24,000 nucleotides of DNA from an uncultured delta proteobacterium (lineage in GTDB: Bacteria; Myxococcota; Myxococcia; Myxococcales; Anaeromyxobacteraceae), in the NCBI GenBank assembly GCA_963736795.1, contig CAVTRF010000021.1, forward strand, positions 149,364-173,363, read 5' to 3'. Position 1 is the stretch's first letter; each line of letters opens with the position of its first letter. Under the pieces are notes generated by a model, which searched no databases, was not told where the DNA came from, and saw only the letters and a program-made list of their open reading frames with translations. The translations under genes and the position numbers were made by a program. Of the stretch, positions 8,704 to 17,670 are shown piece by piece.

Positions 8704-9204
8704 TCAACTGAGCTTCCCCAGGAGGAAACGGGCGAGATCCTCGGCTTCCTTCCGCTTCTCCTCGAGCTCCTTCGGCATCGGGCCGCCGAGCGGGCGCGAG
8801 CGGGCGGCCGTGTCCTTCGCCGCCGGCACCGGCGGAGCGGGCGCCGGCTGGGCCGGTCGCTGCAACGCCGCCGGCTTGGCCGTCGCGGCCGCCTGCAGGG
8901 CCGCCGCCTCGGCGAGGAAGCCCGCCTGCACCTCGTAGGCGAGGTCTCCCAGGATGCAGGAGTCCTCGGCGGGGTCCGCCCCGAGCTCCTTCAGGTGGGC
9001 GACGGTCTTCACCTTGTGGAGGAGGCCGTTCGGATCCTTCTCCTCCCCGAGCACCTTCATGAAGCGGACCGCCGGCTCGAGGGCGTAGCTCCGCCCGCTG
9101 CCCTCCCCGGCGAGGAGGGTCATCACGTTTCCGACGAAGTCGATCTTCCCCTGCTCCGCCCAGGAGTCGAGCATCGCCTGGGATACGAAGAGCAGCCCGG
9201 ACAT
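8704..9204 (-). CDS. Hypothetical protein (globular N-domain, Ala/Pro-rich linker, charged C-terminal helix)
   Basis: This is a 166-aa ORF with an ATG start and strongly G/C third positions. I recognise no family. Confidence 0.6.
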   Translation of the reverse strand: MSGLLFVSQAMLDSWAEQGKIDFVGNVMTLLAGEGSGRSYALEPAVRFMKVLGEEKDPNGLLHKVKTVAHLKELGADPAEDSCILGDLAYEVQAGFLAEAAALQAAATAKPAALQRPAQPAPAPPVPAAKDTAARSRPLGGPMPKELEEKRKEAEDLARFLLGKLS

Positions 9205-9244
9205 TGCGTCTCCGGCCCACCTGATACCACGCCCGCCGAGCCCC

Positions 9245-9273
9245 TTGCCAGGGTGAGACCACGCGGATAAGAG
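9245..9273 (+). promoter_or_regulatory. Candidate sigma70-type promoter for trxA (TTGCCA-N17-TAAGAG)
   Basis: The -35-like TTGCCA is at 9245-9250 and the -10-like TAAGAG at 9268-9273. The SD AAGGAG at 9307-9312 precedes ATG 9318. The -10 match is weak. Confidence 0.3.
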
Positions 9274-9317
9274 TTCCGACCATCGTCCTTTTCCCCTCCC
9301 CCGGCCAAGGAGCCGAC

Positions 9318-9650
9318 ATGGCGTCGAACGACGTGGTCAACCTTCAGGACGCGACCTTCGATCAGGAGGTCCTGAAGAGCGACGTCCCGGTCCTGGTGGA
9401 CTTCTGGGCGGTGTGGTGCGGCCCCTGCAAGGCGATCGCGCCGGCGGTCGACGAGCTCGCGAAGCAGTACAAGGGGAAGGTGAAGGTCGCGAAGATGAAC
9501 GTGGACGAGCACCAGCAGGTCCCGCAGCAGTACGGGATCCGGTCGATCCCGACCCTGCTCCTGTTCAAGGGCGGCCGCGTGGTCGACACGATCGTGGGGG
9601 CGGTCCCGAAGTCGAAGCTCGAGGAGAGCCTCAAGAAGGCGATCTCCTAG
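9318..9650 (+). CDS. trxA: Thioredoxin
   Basis: The ORF is 110 aa with the active site WAVWCGPCK and the motifs [14 protein letters not shown] and VGAVPK. It has a strong SD. Confidence 0.97.
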   Translation: MASNDVVNLQDATFDQEVLKSDVPVLVDFWAVWCGPCKAIAPAVDELAKQYKGKVKVAKMNVDEHQQVPQQYGIRSIPTLLLFKGGRVVDTIVGAVPKSKLEESLKKAIS

Positions 9651-9689
9651 CGACCGGCCGGCGAACCGCCGCGACGAGGTGGTCCCGCG

Positions 9690-9719
9690 CGCCCGCGCCC
9701 CTCACCGGGGCGGCGGGCG
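9690..9719. terminator. GC-rich stem-loop between convergent trxA and rodA (candidate bidirectional terminator)
   Basis: Positions 9690-9696 pair with 9713-9719 and 9697-9701 pair with 9707-9711, giving 12 bp with G9712 bulged. The loop is tcacc. On the + strand it is followed by tcttcagtt. Confidence 0.45.
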
Positions 9720-9722
9720 TCT

Positions 9723-10817
9723 TCAGTTCACGAACCGGCGCATCCCGATGTTCGCGAGCAGGCCGATGCCGACGAACACGGCGATCACCGACGACCCGCC
9801 GTAGCTCATGAGCGGCAAGGTCACGCCCACGACCGGCAGGATCCCGATCACCATCCCGACGTTGATCGCGACGTGCCAGAACAGCATCCCGGCCACGCCG
9901 ATCGCGAGGAAGCTCGCGAAGCGGTCGCGGGCGTCTCCGACGACGTCGAGCGCGCTCGCCACGAGCGCGAAGTAGAGCACGACGAGGAGGAGGCAGCCGA
10001 CGAACCCGTGCTCCTCGGCCCACACCGAGAAGATGAAGTCGGTGTGCTGCTCGGGGAGGAACGCCAGGTTGTTCTGCGTCCCCTGCCCCCAGCCCTTCCC
10101 GAGCCCCTGCCCCGAGCCGATGGCGATCATCGACTGGGTGGCGTGCCAGCCCGCCCCGCGGGCGTCGCCCTCCGGGTTGAGGAACGTCTCGATGCGCTTC
10201 TTCTGGTACGGCTTCAGGTGCGGATAGGCGAAGGTCGCCCCGCCGACCGCCACCACCGCGAGGATCGCGAGCGCCTTCCAGCGCACCCTCGCGAACAGGA
10301 TCTGGGTGAACCCGACCGAGCAGATGATGAGCGCGGTGCCGAGGTCCGGCTGGCGCAGGGTGAGCAGCGCGGGCAGGAGCGTGATCCCGAGCGGGATCGC
10401 GAGGCCGAGGAGGCCGTAGCCGTCCTTCCGCCTCTCGGCGTCCGCGTGGAACCACGAGGCGAGCGCGAGCGCGACCGCGATCTTCGCGAGCTCCGAGGGC
10501 TGCAGGTTCATGGGGCCGATGCCGATCCAGCGCCGCGCGCCCATGACGTAGCGGCCCTTCACGAGGACGAAGAGGAGCAGGAGGATGACCACCCCGTAGG
10601 CGACCCACGCGAGGCGGTGGAACGTGCGGGTGTCGAACAGCGTCAGCGCGAGCGCGACGACCACCCCGACGCCCATCCAGGCGGTCTGGCTGATCCAGAC
10701 GGGCGCGTGGGCGCTGCGCGACGCGGACGCGAGGTTCCAGATCCCGATCGCGCAGATCGCGAGGACGATCACCGCGAGGTGGAGCGGGAAGTGCGCGAAC
10801 GGACGGCGCTGCGACAT
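9723..10817 (-). CDS. rodA: Rod shape-determining SEDS glycosyltransferase RodA (FtsW/RodA/SpoVE family)
   Basis: It is a polytopic membrane protein with the family C-terminal motif LPVVGVTLPLMSYGGSS. It lies immediately downstream of mrdA. I chose the start at ATG 10817 (MSQRRPF...); the ORF extension to 10976 is Arg/Pro-rich junk overlapping mrdA. Confidence 0.92.
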   Translation of the reverse strand: MSQRRPFAHFPLHLAVIVLAICAIGIWNLASASRSAHAPVWISQTAWMGVGVVVALALTLFDTRTFHRLAWVAYGVVILLLLFVLVKGRYVMGARRWIGIGPMNLQPSELAKIAVALALASWFHADAERRKDGYGLLGLAIPLGITLLPALLTLRQPDLGTALIICSVGFTQILFARVRWKALAILAVVAVGGATFAYPHLKPYQKKRIETFLNPEGDARGAGWHATQSMIAIGSGQGLGKGWGQGTQNNLAFLPEQHTDFIFSVWAEEHGFVGCLLLVVLYFALVASALDVVGDARDRFASFLAIGVAGMLFWHVAINVGMVIGILPVVGVTLPLMSYGGSSVIAVFVGIGLLANIGMRRFVN

Positions 10818-10833
10818 CGCCGCGAGGGAGACC

Positions 10834-12930
10834 TCAGCCACGGGCCCCTCCCGCGTGTGCGCGCGCGGCCCCGAGCTTCGGCGGCTCCGCCGCCCCCGCG
10901 CCGCGGGTCGGGACCGGCGATCGCGTGGGGGGCGGTGGGTCCGCGGGGGGCGGCGGCTGCGGGGCCGGGCCGGCACGCTCCGCTGCGTCCTCGGCGCGGA
11001 GCTCGAGCCAGCGCCGCACCACCGCGCTCGCGGTCGGCGCGGCCTTGGACGAGCCGAACCCCGAGTGCTCGTTCAGGACCACGACGACGATCTCCGGATC
11101 CTCCGCCGGCGCGAACGCGGCGAACCAGGCGTGGTCGCGCTCGAAGTAGGAGACCTGCTCCGCCTTGAGCCGCCGCGCGCCCATCTTCACGACCTGGGCG
11201 GTGCCGGTCTTCCCGGCCATCACGACGTCCGGGAGGCGCGAGCCGTACGCGGTTCCGAAGGGCTCGTTCACCGCGGCGAGGAGCCCCTTCAGCACCGCCG
11301 CGCGCGTCGACTTCTGGACCACGGGCCGGCCGCGCTCCTGCGGCGAGAACTCCTGGACGACGCGCCCGTCGGGGTCCTCGACCCGCAGCACCACCTGCGG
11401 CTTCCACAGGATCCCGGTCGCGAGCGCGCCGTAGAAGACGAGCTGCTGCATGGGCGTGACGTTCACGTCGCCCTGGCCGATCGCGAGGTTCACCGGCATG
11501 CCCTTCTGGTACCCGCCGGCGAGGTGCCGGTCGTGCCACGCCACGTCGGGGATCACGCCCGGTACCTCGCTCGTCACCTCGAACCCGGTGGGCACGCCGA
11601 GGCCGAACGCGTTCGCCCACTTCGCGATCGCGTCGGCGCCGAGCCGCGCGCCCGCCTCGTAGAAGAACACGTCGCAGCTCGCGCCGAGCGCGTGCTCGAA
11701 GTCCACCGCGCCGTGGCCCGACTCCTTGTCGCAGCGCCACACGTGCGAGCCCATCCGGAAGTGGCCGGGGCAGAAGACCGTCTGGCCGGGCCGGTAGACG
11801 CCCTCCTCGAGCGCCGCGATCGAGGTGAGCGCCTTGAAGGTCGAGCCCGGGTGGTAGTGCTGCTGCACCGCGCGGAACAGCTCGGGCTGGAGCGGGTCGG
11901 AGTGGATCGCGGCGAGCTCCGCGCCGCTGATGCGGCCCGACATCTTGTTCGGATCGGGCGCGGGCCGGTCCACGAGCGCGAGGATGAACCCGGTCTTCGC
12001 GTCCATGGCGAGGACGCTGCCGGCGGTCGCCGGGAAGGTCTTCTCGGCGAACTCCTGGAGGCGCCAGTCGAGCGAGAGGACGAGGTTCTTCCCCGGGCTC
12101 GAGGGGACGACGCGCAGCGCCGCCGGGATGAACTCGTCGGCGTCGTCCTTCCGGCGACCCTTCGCGTCCACCGGGACGCGCTCCTTGCCGTCGATGCCGC
12201 GCAGGTCGCGCTCGAACTTCCGCTCGAGGCCGCGCCGGCCGACGTAGTCGCCGGGCACGTACGGCGCCTGCCGCGCGGCGGCGTGCGCCGGGTCCTCGCC
12301 CTGGCGCCGCTCGTCCTCGCGCTTCTTCAGATCCTCGTTGAGCCGCTTCAGCTCGTCCGGGCCCGCCTCGTTCATGTAGCCGATGAGGTGGCCGCCGAAC
12401 CCGGAGTACCGGTAGTTCCGGTGTGGGGTCGCGACGACGTCGACGCCGAGCAGGTCCATCTGGTTCGCGAGGTACAGGTCGAGCGCGTCGCGCCCCACGT
12501 CGATCTTCACGACGAACGGCTGGAAGCGGTCGAGGCTCTTCGCGTTGCTCGTCGCCCCCTTCACCTGGGCGCGGGCACGCTCGATCTCCTCCTGGGACAG
12601 CGACATCATCGTCGCGAGGCGCGAGAGCACCTCGTCGCACTGCTTGCCGCAGAAGTGCGGCGTGAGCGTCACGTCGTACGAGGGGCGCGAGTCCACGAGG
12701 ACGCGGTGGTGCCGGTCGAGGATGAGGCCGCGGTCGGCCGGCTGCCGCAGCTCCTTGACGTAGTTGTCGTCCGCCTTCTCCTTGTACTCGTCGCCCCGGA
12801 GGATCTGGAGCTGGTACAGGCGACCGACGAGCACGAGGAAGGACGTGACGAGGACGCAGGTCGCCCAGAAGAGGCGGGGCCTGAAGTCCTTCTGCGCCGC
12901 ACCGGGCGCGCTGGGAGGGATGAGGGACAT
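10834..12930 (-). CDS. mrdA: Penicillin-binding protein 2 (elongasome transpeptidase)
   Basis: The ORF is 698 aa with an N-terminal anchor LFWATCVLVTSFLVLVGRLY. The transpeptidase motifs STFK (HPGSTFKAL) and KTGTA are present. It ends in a Pro-rich C-terminal tail and lies between mreD and rodA. Confidence 0.95.
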   Translation of the reverse strand: MSLIPPSAPGAAQKDFRPRLFWATCVLVTSFLVLVGRLYQLQILRGDEYKEKADDNYVKELRQPADRGLILDRHHRVLVDSRPSYDVTLTPHFCGKQCDEVLSRLATMMSLSQEEIERARAQVKGATSNAKSLDRFQPFVVKIDVGRDALDLYLANQMDLLGVDVVATPHRNYRYSGFGGHLIGYMNEAGPDELKRLNEDLKKREDERRQGEDPAHAAARQAPYVPGDYVGRRGLERKFERDLRGIDGKERVPVDAKGRRKDDADEFIPAALRVVPSSPGKNLVLSLDWRLQEFAEKTFPATAGSVLAMDAKTGFILALVDRPAPDPNKMSGRISGAELAAIHSDPLQPELFRAVQQHYHPGSTFKALTSIAALEEGVYRPGQTVFCPGHFRMGSHVWRCDKESGHGAVDFEHALGASCDVFFYEAGARLGADAIAKWANAFGLGVPTGFEVTSEVPGVIPDVAWHDRHLAGGYQKGMPVNLAIGQGDVNVTPMQQLVFYGALATGILWKPQVVLRVEDPDGRVVQEFSPQERGRPVVQKSTRAAVLKGLLAAVNEPFGTAYGSRLPDVVMAGKTGTAQVVKMGARRLKAEQVSYFERDHAWFAAFAPAEDPEIVVVVLNEHSGFGSSKAAPTASAVVRRWLELRAEDAAERAGPAPQPPPPADPPPPTRSPVPTRGAGAAEPPKLGAARAHAGGARG

Positions 12931-12932
12931 CG

Positions 12933-13442
12933 CTAGCGGAGGAGCCCCGGCTCCTCCCGGTGGAACAGCGTGTCGATCCGGTTCAATCCGACCCCCACCA
13001 CCGGAGCGAGCGCGGCGGTGAGGACCGCCTCGAGGAGCATGCGCGGGAAGAGCACCGCGCCAGGGATGGCGTCCTCCGGCGTCGTGTTGCGCAGGAGGAC
13101 GGTCGCGCAGATCGAGAGGAAGAGCGCGCCGAACCCGGAGAGGAGGATGAACGCGCCGCGCTCGCGGGTGTCCACCGCGGCGGAGACGGCGCGCACGATG
13201 ACGAAGAGCAGGACGGCGAGGAACGTCATGAGCCCCTTCGGCGTCCCGGCCATGAGGTCCATCACGTACCCGACGCCGGCCGCCGCCACCGAGCCCTCCA
13301 CGTTCCCGCCGTGGAGCCCGAGGTGCACGACGCAGACCGCGAGCAGCGCGAGCGAGAACGCGCCGCCGCCGACCCAGCGGAGCAGCGCCGCCTGGAGCGC
13401 CGCGACGAGCAGCGCGAACGCGACATGGGCGAGGGGCTTCAA
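12933..13442 (-). CDS. mreD: Rod shape-determining protein MreD
   Basis: The product is a hydrophobic protein of about 170 aa located between mreC and mrdA. The TTG start at 13442 overlaps the mreC stop (TTGA). The remainder of ORF 12933..14153 is out-of-frame overlap with mreC. The exact start is uncertain. Confidence 0.7.
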   Translation of the reverse strand: MKPLAHVAFALLVAALQAALLRWVGGGAFSLALLAVCVVHLGLHGGNVEGSVAAAGVGYVMDLMAGTPKGLMTFLAVLLFVIVRAVSAAVDTRERGAFILLSGFGALFLSICATVLLRNTTPEDAIPGAVLFPRMLLEAVLTAALAPVVGVGLNRIDTLFHREEPGLLR

Positions 13443-14314
13443 GGCAGCTTCCCGGGAGCGTACGCCGCGGGCAGGATCTCGGCCGGCCGCTCCCACGCGG
13501 TGAGCACGAGCACCTCCTCGAGCCGCGTCACGTCCACCGCCGGGGCGACGCGCGACTCCTGGAAGAGCCCGTGCTGCTTGCGGTCGAGCTGCGTCACCTT
13601 CCCGACCGGGAGCCCGCGCGGGAAGACGCCGTCGGTGCCGGAGGTGACGATCGCGTCGCCCTCGATGATGTCCTCGGTCCGGAGCGCGTAGTCGAGCCGG
13701 CACAGCTCGGGCTTCCCGAGCCCGCGCACGTTGGCGCGCGCGCGCGTCCGCTCCACGCGGGCGGCGATCGAGCTGTTGAGGTCGGTGAGCACGAGCACGT
13801 CCGCGGTGCGCCCCGCGACCGCGTGGACCCGACCGACGACGCCCTCCGCGACGAGGACCGGCATCATCGACGCGATCCCGTCGTCGCTGCCGCGATCGAC
13901 CGTGAGGAGCTGCCGTCCGACCGTGCCGAGCCGGATGCCGATGACGCGGGCGCCGACGTAGCGGCGCTCGCCCGAGGCCTCCGCGAACCCGAGCAGCCGC
14001 TCCAGCCGCTCCGCCTCGCCGCGCGCCGCGACGAGCTGCTGGCGCTCGAGCTCGAGCGTCCGCACCCTCTCCGAGAGCCCGGCCGCCCGCTCGTGCGCTC
14101 CGCGCAGCGCGACGTAGCCGTGCCACCCGCGGAGCACGCCCGTGACGCTCCACGCCACGACGCGCTCGACCGGCGTCGCGAGCCAGACCACCGCGCGGTC
14201 GAGCCGCGATCGCTCCGGCGCGCGCTTCGCGTGCGCGAAGAACACCCCGAGTGGTACGACGAGCAGAACCGCGACGAGGATCAGCTCGCGGTACCGCTTC
14301 AGCAATGCAAGCAC
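13439..14314 (-). CDS. mreC: Rod shape-determining protein MreC
   Basis: The ORF is 291 aa with an N-terminal TM segment and a coiled coil (LELERQQLVAARGEAERLERLL). MreC beta-domains follow (GVVGRVHAVAGRTADVLVLTD; SGTDGVFPRGLPVGKV). The GTG start at 14314 is preceded by GGAG. Confidence 0.9.
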   Translation of the reverse strand: MLALLKRYRELILVAVLLVVPLGVFFAHAKRAPERSRLDRAVVWLATPVERVVAWSVTGVLRGWHGYVALRGAHERAAGLSERVRTLELERQQLVAARGEAERLERLLGFAEASGERRYVGARVIGIRLGTVGRQLLTVDRGSDDGIASMMPVLVAEGVVGRVHAVAGRTADVLVLTDLNSSIAARVERTRARANVRGLGKPELCRLDYALRTEDIIEGDAIVTSGTDGVFPRGLPVGKVTQLDRKQHGLFQESRVAPAVDVTRLEEVLVLTAWERPAEILPAAYAPGKLP

Positions 14315-14344
14315 TGGAACTCCGTGAGGGGGAAAAACCCTTGC

Positions 14345-14374
14345 ATTTTAGCGCTTGTTGAATAGGGTGTTCAA
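14345..14374 (-). promoter_or_regulatory. Candidate sigma70-type promoter for the mreC operon (TTGAAC-N18-TAAAAT on the - strand)
   Basis: This is an AT-rich island in an otherwise GC-rich region. The -35 is the reverse complement of 14369-14374 and the -10 is the reverse complement of 14345-14350, about 30 nt upstream of GTG 14314. It overlaps an inverted repeat, GTTGAA (14357-62) N7 TTCAAC (14370-75). Confidence 0.45.
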
Positions 14375-14431
14375 CTTCTTGCGCCCGGGAACTCTCGGGT
14401 GCCGACCTTCAACAACTCGGGGCTCCGCTTC

Positions 14432-15965
14432 ATGCTCGATATCCTCCGGGCGAACACGAAGAGCACGTTCACGTGGCTCATCGTCATCGGGATCGTGGTC
14501 GTCTTCGCCATCAACTTCGGGCCGGGCTCTCTCTCGAAGGGGGGAGGCTGCGCCGGGTCCGCCGTCCCGTACGCCGCCAAGGTGAACGGGAAGACGATCC
14601 CCGCCTCCGAGTGGGACCGGCAGTACCGCCAGCTGTACCAGCTCTTCCGCCAGCAGGCGGGTGAGGCGTTCACGCGCGACCTCGCGGACCAGCTCGGGAT
14701 CCCCGCGCAGGCGATGGAGCAGATCGTCGATCGCGAGCTCGTCGTGCAGGAGGCGCGGCGCCGCGGGCTCGCGATCTCGCGCGACGAGCTGACCCGCGCG
14801 GTGCACGCGATGCCCTGGGCCCAGGAGGGCGGAGTCTTCAACTTCGCCGTGTACCAGGAGGGCACCCGCTCGATGTACGGCTCCGCGGGCAAGTTCGAGG
14901 CGGCGCTCAAGGACGACCTGCTCTACCAGAAGATGATGGCCGCGCTCCGCGAAACCGTGAAGATCTCCGAGACGGAGGTCCGCGAGGCCTGGGAGGGTGA
15001 CGCCGATCGGGCCGCGCTCCAGTTCGTGCGCGTGCCGCTCGCCGCGGCCGAGCCGCTCGTGAAGGTCTCCCCCGACGAGGTGAACGCCTTCGCGGCGAAG
15101 GAAGGCGCACGCATCGAGAAGTTCTACGGCGACAACGCCGCCCGCTTCGACCAGAAGAAGAAGGTCCGGGTGCGCCACGTCCTCGCCAAGATCGCGCCGG
15201 GTGGTGACGAAGCCTCCGCGAAGAAGCGGATCGAGGACGCGCAGGCGCGCGTGAAGAAGGGCGAGGACTTCGCGAAGGTCGCCCAGGCGCTCTCCGACGA
15301 CGAGAACACGAAGGGCCGCGGCGGCGATCTCGGCTTCGTCTCGGAGGGGCTCTTCGACGACGCCTTCGCCGCGGCGGCGCTCGCGCTCGAGCCGGGACAG
15401 GTCTCGGAACCCGTCCGGAGCCAGTCCGGCTGGCACCTCGTCCAGGCGACCGAGGTCGTCCCGGCGAAGAAGGTCTCGCTCGACGACGCCCGCGAAGACG
15501 ATCGCCCGCGAGCTGCTCGTGAAGGACCGGTCGCAGGCGCTCGCGCGTGAGCGCGCGCAGGCTGCGCTCGACGCCGCCAAGGCGGGGCGCCCGCTCGCGG
15601 CCGTGAAGCTCGGCACCCAGACCGCCGCGCCGGAGGAGACCGGCCCGTTCGGCCGCGCCAGCCCGTTCGTGCCGAAGGTCGGCGAGGCGCAGGGCCTCAT
15701 GCAGGACGCGTTCGCGGCGAAGGCGGGGCAGGTGCTCCCGCGCCTCTACGAGACCCCCGCCGGCCCGGTCGTCGCCGTGCTGAAGGTTCGCGAGACGCCC
15801 GACCCGAAGGCGTTCGAGGCGCAGCGCGAGGCGCTCGAGACGCGGCTCCGGAACCGCAAGGAGTCGCAGGTGCAGGGCGCGTGGCTTCGCGCGCTGCGCG
15901 ACGGGTCGACCATCGAGACGAACCCCGAGCTCCTCGCCGCGGCCACGCGCGCGCGCGGGGAGTGA
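14432..15965 (+). pseudogene. ppiD: PpiD/SurA-like periplasmic chaperone with parvulin-type peptidyl-prolyl isomerase domain; one +1 frame change near 15491
   Basis: The N-terminus is MLDILRANTKS followed by a TM anchor (FTWLIVIGIVVVFAINF). The parvulin core is present (RVRHVLAKI, GGDLGFV, SQSGWHLVQ). ORF 14399..15550 turns to junk after ...VSLDDAR, and the sequence continues protein-like (TIARELLVKDRSQALARERAQ...) in ORF 15519..15965. Confidence 0.8.
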
Positions 15966-15984
15966 TCGTCCGGGCGGGTCGCCG

Positions 15985-16570
15985 GTGACTCCGCGCCTCG
16001 TCCTCGCCTCCCAGAGCCCGCGGCGCCGCGAGCTGCTCGCCCAGCTCGGGGTGGCGCTCGAGGTCCGTCCGGCCGACGCGGACGAGTCGGTCCTCCCGGA
16101 CGAGCCGCCGCGCGACTACGTCCTGCGGGTCGCCCGCGAGAAGGCGCGCGCCGTCCCGGGCGAGGTCGTCCTCGCCGCCGACACCGCCGTCGTGCTCGGG
16201 GCCGAGGTGCTCGGAAAGCCCCGGGACGCGGAGGACGCCCGCCGCATGCTGCGGGCGCTCTCCGGCACCGCGCACGAGGTCCTCACCGCGGTGTGCGTCC
16301 GGCGCGCGCAGGCCGGCGGCGCGCTCGAGCTCGACGTGGTGGTGGCGACGCGGGTGCGGTTCGCCCGGCTCGGCCCCCGAGAGATCGACTGGTACGTCGC
16401 GACGGGCGAGCCGCTCGACAAGGCGGGCGCGTACGCGATCCAGGGCGCGGGCGGCGCGTTCGTGCTCGGGGTCGAGGGGAGCGTCTCGAACGTCGTCGGG
16501 CTTCCGCTCGCGGAGACCGCCGAGCTCCTCTCGCCGCGCCGGGTTCCCCCTCCCCTGGAGCGGCCGGTGA
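15985..16570 (+). pseudogene. maf: Maf-like nucleoside triphosphate pyrophosphatase; the inferred native C-terminus and stop are in the +1 frame, and as sequenced the ORF runs on into yggS
   Basis: It shows [29 protein letters not shown] and [10 protein letters not shown]. After ...[10 protein letters not shown] the +1 frame reads [12 protein letters not shown], with all 12 third positions G/C. That frame's TGA (16568-16570) overlaps a GTG (16567) in the usual GTGA coupling arrangement. The sequenced frame reads [12 protein letters not shown], uses weaker codons, and has no stop. Confidence 0.75.
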
Positions 16571-17193
16571 CCGTGGCGGCGAGGCTCGCGGCGCTGCGCG
16601 CCGGGATCCCGGCGGGGGTGACCCTCGTCGCGGTCTCGAAGACGCACGGCCCGGAGGCGATCCGCGAGGCGTACGCCGCGGGCCAGCGCGACTTCGGCGA
16701 GAACTACGCCCAGGAGTGGCGCGACAAGGCCGACGCGCTCGCCGATCTCGGGGAGCTGCGCTGGCACTTCATCGGCGGGCTCCAGACGAACAAGGTGAAG
16801 TATCTCGCGGGGCGCGTCGCCGCGATCCACGCGGTGGACCGGATCGAGCTCGCCCGCGAGATCTCGAAGCGCTTCGCCGCGAAGGGCGCGACCGCGCGGG
16901 TCTTCCTCGAGGTGAACACCGGGGGCGAGGCGACGAAGTCCGGCTGCGCGCCTGGCGACGCGCCGGGGCTCGCCGCGGCCACGCGGGCCCTGCCGTCGCT
17001 CGAGCTCGCGGGGCTCATGTGCATCCCGCCCCCCGGCGAGGACCCGCGCGCTCACTTCCGGCTGCTCCGGGCGCTGCGCGACCAGCTCGGGCTCGCCGAG
17101 CTCTCGATGGGGATGAGCGCCGACTGGCGGATCGCGGTCGAGGAGGGCTCGACCTGCGTCCGCGTCGGCACCGCCATCTTCGGCGAGCGGTGA
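16567..17193 (+). CDS. yggS: YggS-family pyridoxal-phosphate homeostasis protein (part of one continuous 402-aa ORF 15985..17193 as sequenced)
   Basis: The PLP-Lys motif LVAVSKTH is present, along with [27 protein letters not shown] and VRVGTAIFG. Candidate start GTG 16567 ([10 protein letters not shown]...). Confidence 0.85.
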   Translation: MTVAARLAALRAGIPAGVTLVAVSKTHGPEAIREAYAAGQRDFGENYAQEWRDKADALADLGELRWHFIGGLQTNKVKYLAGRVAAIHAVDRIELAREISKRFAAKGATARVFLEVNTGGEATKSGCAPGDAPGLAAATRALPSLELAGLMCIPPPGEDPRAHFRLLRALRDQLGLAELSMGMSADWRIAVEEGSTCVRVGTAIFGER

Positions 17194-17212
17194 CGGGCGC
17201 AGCGGCCGACGT

Positions 17213-17428
17213 TCAGACCGCCTTCAGCTTGAGCCGACCCGAGTCGTTCACGTCGGCCCGGAACTCCTGGCCGCAGTAGTAGCAGCGCACCTCGTCGCCG
17301 TCGCCGAACGCGTCGTCGTACGGGTTGTTCGCGTTGCAGTCCGGACAGTCGAAGTCCTGGAACTTGCGCGAGCGGCCGAGGTCCTCTCCCTGGCCCTTGT
17401 CGTCCTCGTCGTACTGGTCGGTCGGCAT
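17213..17428 (-). CDS. Small acidic zinc-ribbon protein (CPDC...CYYC)
   Basis: The ORF is 71 aa with an ATG start and almost every third position G/C. Two CxxC pairs are 21 residues apart, after a very acidic N-terminus (DQYDEDDKGQGED). Confidence 0.7.
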   Translation of the reverse strand: MPTDQYDEDDKGQGEDLGRSRKFQDFDCPDCNANNPYDDAFGDGDEVRCYYCGQEFRADVNDSGRLKLKAV

Positions 17429-17670
17429 CCGATCCCTCCGCGCCCGGGCGGGCGCACCCCGGAGCGTACGCCAGGTCCCTCCCGGAATGGAGCGGCCCCG
17501 CCGTGCATTCCGACAAGACCGTGGACCGGCGTGACGCGGGTGTGGTGCACCTGCGTCGGGGGCGTTGCCGGGACCCCTCGAAGTCCTCAGACATGACCGG
17601 GGGCCGCGCTGGCCCCGTCGTTGCTCCCTGCTGCCCGACGACCCGCACTCTCACCCACGCCCAGGACCCC

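Noticed and set aside
10624-12936. 770-aa ORF on the + strand
   Set aside because: It is antisense to mrdA and rodA, which have unambiguous family motifs. The translation is low-complexity and Arg/Glu/Asp-rich.
14348-17055. The 450-aa (14348..15700) and 452-aa (15697..17055) ORFs on the - strand
   Set aside because: They are antisense to the ppiD-like gene and to maf/yggS. They have no recognisable domains and a shadow-ORF composition.
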